Below, piece after piece: positions 38,801-49,922 of a DNA stretch of 64,000 nt. Source of the stretch: Owenia fusiformis (taxonomy: Eukaryota); NCBI GenBank assembly GCA_903813345.2, contig CAIIXF020000001.1, positions 28,520,001 through 28,584,000 on the forward strand. Reading direction: 5' to 3'. Both the position numbers and the translations under genes were made by a program. The notes under the pieces are model-generated. The model did no database searches and had not been told where the DNA came from. It saw only the letters and a program-made list of their open reading frames with translations. Positions within the stretch are counted from its first letter, which is position 1, and every line of letters starts with the position of its first letter.

Positions 38801-41800
38801 AAGGTCAAGATCATGAAATTAGGTCACAAACTGTGCTATCTAAGTTTCGCAAAGTTCGACTTCAAACCAATATTTTTAATCCGGAGTCGAAATATACACA
38901 TTCCTCTAACGGTTCTACACATATTAGCAATTGACTATATAATAGAATTTTGTCCCAGTTTGAGATATAAGAGTTCAAAAGTTCAAAAAAGGTCAATTTC
39001 GAAATTTTTCAAGGTCAAATTTAAACTCGCTTCAAATTGACAAAATCTTTTTCTCAAAATCATCTACAAGTTCTCAGGAGTTCTCATCTGACCTCAGATT
39101 TGATATTAGTCCTTTAGTTGACCTTCAAATTGTCAAAAATGCCTAAGAGGGCCTCCGTGAGATTGCTTGCAATCTTCCAAAGTCTAGTTATTTATTCTTC
39201 TCTGCACTTTTTCTCCTACTTCTAGCTAGCTTTGAATTAACTCTTATATACTCCTAGTAGGGACCTTAGTTGAAATTGGCGGGAAAGAAATTTTTATCTA
39301 GGTGAAGGTCAAAGGTCAAAATCTAGGTCAAATCAAAGTTTTTTTTAAGTTTCTCAGATTTCGTCCTCATACTTCATTATTTCTTGCGATGAATTAAAAT
39401 GTAACTAGATATAAGCATTCTCTACAAATTGCTCACTATATGTACGCGTTAATTTTTTACCGTTTTTGAGATATTTGACGCCAAAAATCGGCAAAAATTG
39501 GTCATTTTTCAACTTGCTTCAAATGAACCAGATTTTTTTTTAAAAATCATCTACAAGATCTCAGGAACTCAAATATGTCCTTACTTTTGACATCTGACCT
39601 TTGGTTGACCTTCGGTGGCCTTCGAAAGGTAAAAAAAGTCGTTTTTTCAAATTGATTTTCTGGATTCAAATTTAGGTATATTTGATCACAAAGGACCCAC
39701 TGAGGTCAAAAAAGTAAAATTTGCAAGGTCAAAGGTCAAGGTCATCAAACTAAATCACAAACTGTGTTTTCTAAGTTTCTCAAAATTGAAGACTACAAAT
39801 CAATATTTTTTCATGAAAGTCAGGATATATATTCCTCTATAGGTTCTACACATATTAGCAATTGACTATTTATTAAAATTGTGTACCAGTTTTGAGATAT
39901 TGGAACTCAAAAACTGAAAAAAGGTCAAATTTCGAAACTTTTCAAGACTAAATTTCAACTTGCTTCAAATTGACCAATTTTTTTTTTGAAACTCATCTAC
40001 AAGTTCTCAGGATTCCAAATCTAACCTTACTTTTGACCTTTGGTTGACCTTCAGTGACCTCCGAAAGGTAAAAAATTGATTTTTCAAATCGATTTTCTGG
40101 ATTCAAATTTAGGTATATTTATTCACAAAAAACCTTCTGAGGTCTAAAAAAGTAAAATTTGCAAGGTCAAAGGTCAAGGTCATCAAATGAAATCACAAAC
40201 TGTGTTTTCTAAGTTTCTCAAAATTGGAGACTACAAATCAATATTTTTAAATGAAAGTCAGAATATATATTCCTCTATAGGTTCTACACATATTAGCAAT
40301 TGACTATTTATTAAAATTGTGTACCAGTTTTGAGATATTAGAACTCAAAAACTGAAAAAAGGTCAAATTTCGAAACTTTGCAAGACTAAATTTCAACTTG
40401 CTCTAAATTGACCAAACTTTTTTTTAAAAAGCATCTACAGGATCTCAGGAATCCAAATCTGACCTTACTTTTGACCCCTGACCTTACTTTTGACCCCTGA
40501 CCTTTAATTGACCTTCGGAAGGGAAAAAAAAGTTGATTTTTTAAATCGATTTTCTGGATTCAAATTTAAGTATATTTGATCACAAAAGAGCTACTGAGGT
40601 GAATTAAAGTAAAATTTGCAAGATCAAAGGTCAAGGTCATCAAATTAAATCACCAACTGTGTTTTCGAAGTTTCTAAGTTTTGGTGACTACAAATCAATA
40701 TTTTTTCATGAAAGTCAGGATATATATTCCTCTATACTTTCTACACATATTAGCAATTGACTATTTATTAAAATTGTGTACCAGTTTTGAGATATTAGGA
40801 CTCAAAAACTGAAAAAGGTCAAATTTCCAAACTTTTCAAGACTAAATTTCAACTTGCTTCAAATTGACCAAACTTTTTTTTTTTAATCATCTACAAGTTG
40901 CCTGGTGTTAGTATATGACCCTAGATTTGAGATTTGACCTTTGGCTGACCTTCAAATTGCCAAAAACGCCTACAGGGCCTCCGTAAGATTGCTTGCAATC
41001 TTAAATCTCTAGTTCTTCTTATTCTTATTCTATCAAAGCATTTTTCTCCTACTTCCAACTAGCTTTCAACTACTTACTATATGCTCCTACTAGGAACCTC
41101 GGCTGAAATTGGGGGGAAAGAAATTTTTATCTAGGTCAAGGTCAAAGGTCAAAATCTAGGTCAAATCTAAGTTTTTTTTCAAGTTTCTCAAGTTTGTCAT
41201 TATACTTCATTATTTCTTGCGATGAATTAAACTGAAACTACATTTAAGTATTCTATACAAATTGTTCACTATATGTCAGCATTAAATTTTTACCGTTTTT
41301 GAGATATTTGACCTCAAAAAACGGTCAAAAGAGGTCATTTTTCAACTTGCTTCAATCTGACCAATTTTTTTCTAAAAATCATCTACAACTTCTCAGGAGT
41401 CCAAATCTGACTTCAGATTTGACCTTTGACCTTTAGTTGACCTTCAGTGACCTTCGAAAGGTCAGAAAAGTTGATTTTTCAAATTAAGTCTTTGGATTCA
41501 AATTTAGGTCAGTCTAATTACAAAAACCCTACTGAGGTCTAAAAAAGTAAAAATTTTAAGGTCAAAGGTCAAGGTCATCAAATTAGGTCACAAACTGTGC
41601 TATCTAAGTTTCTCATAGTACTACAAATCAATATTTTTAATTGAAAGTCAAGATATACATTCCTCTAAGGGTTCTACACATATTAGCAATTGACTATTTA
41701 TTAAAATTTTGTCCCAGTTTTGAGATATAAGAGCTCAAAAACTGAAAAAGGTCAATTTTTCAAAGTTTATAAGGTCAAATTTTAACTTGCTTCAAATTCA

Positions 41801-43652
41801 CCGGACTTTTTTTTAAAAATCATCTACAACTTCTCAGGAGTTCATATTTAACCTCAGATTTGACATTTGACCTTTAGTTCACCTTCAGTGACCTTCGAAA
41901 GGTCAGAAAAGTTGATTTTTCAAATAGAGTTTTTGGGTTCAAATTTAGGATAAGCCTAATCATAAAAGACCCACTGAACTCTAAAACAGTAAAATTTTCA
42001 AGGTCAAGGGTCACGGTTATCAAATTAGGTCAAAGATCAAAAATTAGGTCAAATCTGTATTTTTTTCAAGTTTCTCAACTTTGTCCTTATACTTCATTAT
42101 TTCTTGCGATGAATTAAACTGAAACTACATTTTAGTATTTTCTACAAATTGTTCACTAGATGTCAGCATTAAATTTTAACCGTTTTTGAGATATTTGACG
42201 TCGAAAAACGGTCAAAAAAGTCATTTTTCAACTTGCTTCAATCTGACCAATTTTTTTTTTAAAAATCATCTACAAGTTCTCAGGAGTTCACATCTGACTT
42301 CAGATTTGATATTTGTCCTTTAGTTGACCTTCAAATTGTCAAAAATGCCTAAGAGGGCCTCCGTGAGATTGCTTGCAATCTTAAAAGTCTAGTTGTAATT
42401 GTTCTTCATCATAGTAATGTAAACAATTGATTAGCTCTGTGTCAAGATGCCACAACTCACCATTATCTATTTCAAAAAAGAAGCTATTGATATTTCAAAC
42501 TAATGTATATGTATCTTGTATGAAATATTCCTAATTCTGATTGCAGGGCTGCAGGAGACCCCCCTCCTGCATGCAATTTGGCAGGGCAATTTAGACCTGG
42601 TCAGCCATCTATTAAAGCACAAGGCTGATCATAGCCAGAAAGACTCTCGTGGTGTGACCCCTATAAAGCAAGCCTGTCAGCATGGTACTCTTGCAATGGT
42701 GAAGGATCTACTTGACAATGGAGTGGATATTAATGAGACCACTGTCCATAAGTTTACTCCCTTGCATCACGCAGTACTTGGTGGTAATGCAGACATTGTT
42801 GAGTATATACTAGATGAGGGTGCTAACTTGAATGTACAGTCATATATGGGAGACACACCATTCCTCCTCGCAGTTAAGCTCAACCATATTGACATTGTGC
42901 AACTATTCCTAAGCAAGGATATAGACCTTAAGTTTGAGAAACAAGGAGAGAGGAGTCTTAGAGAGTCCCAGAGTTCTGAGATTATGAAGCTACTGCTAGA
43001 TAAAGGCATATGTGCAATGGAGGTGGATGAATGGGGTGACTCAGTTTTCAAGTCCATAATAGCCCAGCTAAGGAGGGACTCTTCTGATGAGCCTTTTCAG
43101 GTTTTGAAGCAGATGTGCAGCCATTATGGGTACAATAACCTTGGTAAGTGGCAGGATGTTGTGCTCCACATGGCTGTGTGGAATTGTGACATTGAGATGA
43201 CTAAGCTGCTCCTTGAGGCTGGTGCCAACCCCAATGTCGCCCTAGACTCATACTATCCCTTGATAACTGCAATGGAAAACTATTCAGATGATATTTTTAA
43301 ACTGTTGATACTTTATGGTGCTGATATAAACCCCACCAAAGGTGCTAATCCTTTTATCACTGGTTGCCAAGGAGATGGAACGTACCTTATGTTGAAGATC
43401 CTTTACACTGCTGGCTGTGACCTTGACCCCTTAAGGTCATGGATAGATGAAGGTAAAGCAGTTCAGAAACTGCAAACTGACGATGTTGTTACATGGAGTT
43501 GGATTCAGGATGTTGTGTCTCAGCCACGCTCATTGAAACAACTGTGTGGAATTGCAATCAGACAATTGCTACACCAACCCATCTATTCACCAACTGAGAA
43601 GCTTCCACTACCGAAACCCCTCAAAGAGTACCTATTGTTCGAAACTGAGTAA
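29832..43652 (+). CDS. Ankyrin repeat and SOCS box (ASB-like) protein, >=468 aa. Exons 29761/29832-29971, 30382-30542, 42547-43652
   Basis: Junctions TCC AG|gt..ag|A TTT (phase 2) and AAT G|gt..ag|GG CTG (phase 1). About 10 ankyrin repeats (TPLLHAI, TPLHHAV, TPFLLAV) and a SOCS box PRSLKQLCGIAIRQLL..LPLPKPLKEYLL. AATAAA at 44221. The true start may lie upstream. Confidence 0.9.
30880..42393 (+). mobile_element. Cluster of seven nested/tandem Helentron-like (HINE) elements with ~445-bp internal subrepeats
   Basis: Heads AGGAGGCCCTCCTGAAAGGGCCTCCT plus (TTC/TTA)n at ~30881, 32006, 32057, 32108, 33563 and 35461. Tails GGGCCTCC-GAGATTGCTTGCAATCT-CTAGTT end at ~32005, 33552, 35441, 37367, 39188, 41013 and 42393. 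Confidence 0.88.
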
Positions 43653-45069
43653 TTATTTCAAACTGAGAAACAAAAATCAAGAATCTCTCGTTTGTCAGTT
43701 ATCCATGGTGGATGCACTAGGGACTCAAATATATATTCCAGCTTCATAGTTGTCATTTACAGTCATGTGTATCTGTACATGTATGTATGTTGATTGCTCA
43801 ATGTACTGCTGCTGGAAATAGGTGAAATGCAATGTATAAAAAGTTAATGTTCAGTATTATGTGGAAAATGGTGCTTTTTAATGCTCTAAATAACCCAGAG
43901 TATGATGTGCATCAATCAGCAGGGATTTGCCAGTGTAAAAATTTTTAAACGTGATAAAAATTAGAAGGAGCCAGAACTAAAAATGGTTATTTAGTATTTT
44001 CTTCTGTATTTTCAAATCCTGGCTACAGGTCTGATCATTCAATAAGGATAAACAATTTTTCTATGTTAATTCATTACTGTGCTATTGTAATTATATACAT
44101 CTGTATTGTTAAATCCAAAATGTTTTCTTTCTCAAAGTCTATTCTATTGAATGTTGAAAGTTGTTTCTGTTGCTTTTGAAATTTTGACTTTTAAGAATTT
44201 TTGTATAAATGTTTATTTTAAATAAAACATTATTTGAAAGTTGTTATTTTGTCAAGATCAAATTTTGAGTTCTTGCCTTAAACTTAATTTGATGAAATTC
44301 AATGTCATTGAGTTCACCTACAGTATCCTTTCAAAACAGGAATACTTTCTGTCTGTTACCGAAAGTAAAACTTTATACAGAAGAAAACGTTATACAGTGC
44401 TGATTTGATCCAGAAATTGCTAGATCCAACTGTTCGAAAAAAATTACTGTTATAATTACTGTTGTTAAGTTAAAACTACAGTTTTGCAGTTAACTTTAAA
44501 TTTAACTTGAAAAGTTTAAATGAAATATGACTGATGTATAAATGTATTTAGAAATTGTTTGAAATATGTCTGCTACTGATGTTATGTAATAGTATATTGC
44601 CAAGTCAAGTTTAAAACAAAATATATTACATGAATATTACTTAATTTTATAGTTATTTCCTATTTTTTCCCAAGCGTCAAAAAGATGGCGACTAAACTAG
44701 TTTTCATGAACTTTTTGTTTTCTAACTTGATAACGCTTGTTTCGGCAACATTTACAAAATGTGTCGACTTGACCTTACTAATTCCAGTTGCATATTTTGG
44801 TGGAGGAACATAATATCAAAAATTGTTTTTGCTAAGATAAATTAGGGGGTAGGTCACCATGTCCCATCTTGCAGTTTTTGCAATCTTCAGCATTCTCAGT
44901 GGTTCATAAGTGTAAAACCTTACATTTAGACAATCAATTTAATGGTGTTTCATTTAAATGTGAAATAAAAGTTGGTTACATATAGAAAAAATATGTTGAG
45001 ATTCACTGACTACATACATGTATTAGATCTTTATGTAGTATGAGCTACTGCTCTATGCAGTGTTGGCCT

Positions 45070-45190
45070 TTTTATGTCACCACCCCAAGTTGTGACATAT
45101 TATTGTTAGAGTCTCCAATTTTTTGTAACATTGCGCTGGTAATAAATGGCTACTGTAACAAATGGCAGGTGTTGACATTTTGCTTGTTAA
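45070..45190. mobile_element. Mini HINE-like element, opposite orientation to the 17150 copy
   Basis: TTTTATGTCACCACC..GTGACAT ... TGTAACAAATGG..CATTTTGCTTGTT. Confidence 0.6.
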
Positions 45191-45704
45191 TGCTTTGTTT
45201 ATCAGTGTATTGATTTTAAGAGGCTAATTTGGGAGACTCGGATTTCATTAAAACATTGAGTGGGAGATAATGTAGCTTAATGTTTCAATAAGACAATGAA
45301 CAGGGGGATGGAGATTATGCTATTTGTTCAATTAGGTTCGGGATAAAAACAGTGATATGTTGATCTTACCATTAATGATGGCTGGTTCAGAAGGGAAAGA
45401 GTATATGGTAAACATGCATTTGAACAGGTAGCTAACATTCATGTAAACTTTACACAGCTTCTTTTTTTTATTACAAATAGTTTATAAATTTATTACATTT
45501 TCTTCATAACATTCTAAAGCAGCATTTCACTTTACAAAGCATGTCACACTGCACCTTTAACATATAAAACCTATCCATGTCTAATCTTTGTCTAATCTCA
45601 ATATGTGTACAGTGAGAGAAAACAGTGCAGGTTGTGTAGAATATAGTACAGACTAGTTCAAACTTATACAGGCTACATGTAAAATACTCTGAAACATATA
45701 CAGT

Positions 45705-48700
45705 ATAAAGATAAAGGAGCTAAAGGCAAAGTGATAGAAAGATTTTTGATAAATAAAGAGTAGAAAGGTGATGAGAGAAAAAGAAATGAGAGAAGCAGAA
45801 ATACAACGATTGTTAGAGATGAATGAAAATAGAAAGTGTGAATATTGGAACTAGAAATATTGAAAGAGAGTAAGTGAAAACATGATTAGAAAAAAGAGAG
45901 GTTTGATTATTAGAATTTATAAGAAAATGTGTGATAAGTAGAAATAGAAAGATTGTAAATGAGAAAGTGTGATGGTTTGAAATAGAAGGATTGTTAGAGA
46001 AATAGTTAGACAGGTAGAAATAGAAAGGTTGTTAGAGAAGACTATGATGAGTAGAAATAGAAGGATTGTAAGACAGTAGCTGAGCTTGATAGAAATAGAA
46101 AGACTATAAAGAAAGTGTGATGATTTAGAATAGAAAGATTGTCAGAGAGAAAGTAAGATTGATAGAAATTGAAAGATTTGCAAATGAGAACGTGATGATT
46201 TGAAATAGACAGATTGACAGATTGAGAAGTTTGAATAAGTAGATTTAGAAAATTTGTAAGAGAAAATTGTGATAAGTAGAAAGATTGTCAGAGAGAAAGT
46301 GAGGATTTGAAATAATCAGATTGTCTGAGAAAAAAGAGAGTTAAGTAGAACTAAGAACTTGTTAAAGAAGATTGTGATAAGTATTAGAAAGCTTTTAAGG
46401 GAAAGTGTGATGATTCAAAATAAAAATATTGTTATAGAGTGTGAGATAAGAAGTAGCAAGATTGTTACAGAAGATTGTGATAAGTAGATATAGAAAGATT
46501 GTAAGAGAGAAAGTGAGATAAGTAGCAAGATTGTGAGAAAGTAAAATCAAAATAGGAAGATTGTGATTGATAAGTGTGATGATTTAAAATAGAACGATTG
46601 TCTGAAAGAAAGTGAGATAAGTAGAACTAGAAAGATTGTTAGAGAATATTGTGATAAGTAGAGATTAGAAAGATTGTTAGAGAAAGTGTAATGTTTTGAC
46701 ATAGAAAGATTGTCAGAAAGAAAGAGTTATGTATGTAGAACTAGAAAGATTGTAAGAGAAGATTGTGATAAGTAGAAATAGGAAGACTGCAAGAGAAAGT
46801 GATACTTTGAAATATAAAGATTGTTAGAGAGAGAGCGTGAGATAAGGAGATTGTAAGGGAAAATCGTAATAGTGGAAATAGAAAGATTGTAAGAGAGAAA
46901 GTGGGGTTGTAAGAGAAAGTGTGATAATTTGATATATAAACATTGTTACATCGAGAGAGAGAGAGAGTGAGATCGATAGAAATAGAAAGATTGTATGAGG
47001 GAAAGTGTGGTAATTTGAAATAGAAGGATTGTCGGAAAGAAAGAGTGAGATATGTAGAAATAGAAAGGTTGTTAGAGAAGGTTGTGATAAATAGAAAGAT
47101 TATAAGAGAGAAAGTGAGATTAGATAGAAAAAGTGTTACAGAAAATTGTTAGTGAGAGAGTGAAATAAGCAGAAATAGAAAGATTGTTAGAAAAGATTGT
47201 AATAAGTAGAAAAGGAAAGATTGTAAAGGAGAGAGATTGATAGAAATAGAAGTATTTTAAGAGAGAAAGTGTGATTGATAGCAATAGAAAGATAGTGTGA
47301 TAATTTGATATACAAAGACTGTTAGAGAGAGATCAGTAGAACTAGAAAGATTGTTTGAGAAAGTGTAAAGATTTAACATAGAAAGATTTTCAGAAAGAAA
47401 GAGATATGTAGGAATAAAAAGATTGTTAGAGATAAAGTAAGATAAGTAGAACGAGAAAGATTGTTAAAGAATATTGTGATAAGTAGAGATAGAAAGATTT
47501 TAAGAGAGAAAGTGAGATAAGGAGAAATAAAAAGTTTGTTTGATGAGATTGATAGAAATAGGAAGATAGTGAGAGAGAAAGTGTGATGATTTGAAATAGA
47601 AGAATTGTAAGTGAGAGAGTGAGATCATCAGAAATAGAAACATTGTAAGAGATAAAGTGAGATCGATAAAAAAGAAAGATTGTAAATGAGAGAGTGTGAT
47701 AGATATAGATGGAGTAAAGGAGAAGGATATGAATCGAAATAGGAAGATTGAAAGTGTGATGATAAGAAATAAAGATTGTTGTAAAAGTATGAAAGGTTGA
47801 AGTATTGTAAAAGAGAAGGTGAAATTGTAAATTAGAAAGTGTGATGAACTGAAATACAAAGATCACAAAAGAGAAAATGAGATAGAAGTAGAGATAGAAA
47901 GAATGTAAGAGAGAAAGTGAGATAAGTAAAAACAGAAAGATTGTTAGAGAGAAAGCGAGAAAAACAGAAAAGGAACGAATGTTGGAGTAAAAATATGATA
48001 GGTAGAAAAAGAAAGATTTTTGTAGTGAGAACGTTTGATAAGTAGGAAAGAGATAATTAGACAAAGAAATGTAAGAGTAAAAGTATGATATGTGGAAATG
48101 CAAAGATTACAAGAGAAAGGGTAAGATAGGTAGAAATAGAAATATTGTTGAAGAGAAGGTTGAAATTGATAGAAATAGAAAGTCTGTAAATAAGAAAATC
48201 TGATGATATTAAATAGAAAGATTGTCATAGAAAAAGTGAGGTATAAGTAGAAATAGAACGATTTTAAGAGCAAATTGAGACAAGTAGAAATAGAAAGATT
48301 ACAGGGGAGAAAATGAAATTGATAGAAGTAGAAAGATTGTAAATGAGAAAGTTTGATGATTTGAAATAGAAAAGTTGTCAAGAGAGAAGGTGGGATAAGT
48401 AGAAATAGAAATATTGAAAGAGAGAAGGTGAAATTGATAGAGATAGAAAGATTGTACAAAGTGTGATGATTTGAAATAGAAAGATTGTCAGAGAAAGTGA
48501 GAAAATTAGAAATAAAAAGATTGTTACAGAGAAGGTGAGAGAAGTAGAAATAGAAAGATTATAAGAGTAAAATAGATAGTAATATATGATAGGTCAAAAT
48601 AGAAATATTGCAAGAGAGAAGGTGAAATTGATAGAGATAGAAATTAGAAAGTGTGATGATTTGAAAGATTCTCAGAGAAAGTGAAACAATTAGGAGTAAA

Positions 48701-49290
48701 TGATTGTTAGAGAGAAAGTGAGAGAAGTGAAAATAGAAAGATTGCAAGAAAGAAAGCGAGAAGTAGAAAAAGAAAGATTGTAAGGGTAAAAATATGATAG
48801 GTAGAAATAGAAATATCGAAGGAGAGAAGGTGAAATTAATAGAGATAGAAAGATTGTAACTTAGAAAGTATGATGATTTGAAAGAGAAAGATTGTCAGAG
48901 AAAGTGAGATTATTAGTAATAGAAAGCTTGTTAGAGAGAAAGTGAGAGAAGTGGAAATAAAAAGATTGCAAGGGAGAAAGTGAGAAGTAGAAAAAGAAAG
49001 ATTGTAAGGGTAAAAATATGATAGAAATAGAAATATTGAAAGAGAGAGGGTGAAATTGATAGAGATAGAAAGATTGTAAATTAAAAAGTGTGATGATTTG
49101 AAATAGAAAGATTGATAGAGACAAAGTGAGAGAAGTAGAAATAGAAAGATTGCAAGAAAGAAAGTGAGGTGAGTAGAAATAGAAAGATTGTAAGAGAGAA
49201 AGCGAGATGGGTAGAAACAGAAAGATAGTAAGGTATATATTTATAGAAAGAAAGGCAGAAATTAAGATAGGAAAGTTTGATTGAAAGCAT
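45705..49290. repeat. Purine-rich degenerate minisatellite, ~38-bp unit
   Basis: GTGAGATAAGTAGAAATAGAAAGATTGTAAGAGAGAAA and its variant GTGTGATGATTTGAAATAGAAAGATTGTCAGAGAGAAA recur. C is very scarce on the + strand. Confidence 0.92.
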
Positions 49291-49376
49291 TACAAGAAAA
49301 TACTTCACGGTTATAGAAATGCGATAGCCATATATTCGTGATAATACTGAATTTGAATACAATAGTGTGGTGGTCT

Positions 49377-49496
49377 CTAAGTCGTGAAACAAGCCTGTCA
49401 AGTCATCTAAGCCGTGAAACAAGCCCGTCAAGTCATCTAAGCCGTGAAACAAGCCTGTCAAGTCATCTAAGCCGTGAAACAAGCCTCGTCAAGTTA
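49377..49496. repeat. 30-bp tandem repeat x4
   Basis: CTAAGCCGTGAAACAAGCCTGTCAAGTCAT starts at 49377, 49407, 49437 and 49467. Confidence 0.95.
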
Positions 49497-49922
49497 TCAA
49501 CGCCTGACGTTGGGCTGTCAACGCTATACTTCAGAAGTATGTCTAGGTTAACCTAAACTGTAAAGCGAAGCATCACTACAAGTCTATACACTGTTATGGA
49601 TCAATTGAGTATCTACATCAGTATCAATATAACATTAACAACTACGATTTCAATTCTTCCGTAAACAACGTACATTGTGTACGTTTGTATTAATATAAAT
49701 ATGTTAAAGAACCGTCCAAGGCCCCGTGGGTTCGTTTGGCACTTTCACTGATTGAGCACTTGTGAATTTTTCTTCATAAGAATCGTTTGACACTAGCATC
49801 ATACTTAAATCATTTAACAGTTAATGAACCAAAATAATTTCAAATATATATACATGTTCGATCACTTAAAGTGTTTAAGTAGGTATGAATGCATACTTTT
49901 ACCTATACTTTATGTTAATTTG

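Noticed and set aside
31815-39040. Short ORFs inside the intronic repeat cluster
   Set aside because: Frames are not preserved between copies, and there are no Rep/helicase motifs.
49377-49496. CRISPR-like 30-bp repeats
   Set aside because: The units are contiguous without unique spacers, the context is eukaryotic, and there are no cas genes.
47426-49556. Hydrophobic F/L/S/Y-rich ORFs up to 225 aa and the FHGLDDLTGL repeat ORF
   Set aside because: They are translations of the CT-rich strand of the satellite and of the 30-bp repeat.
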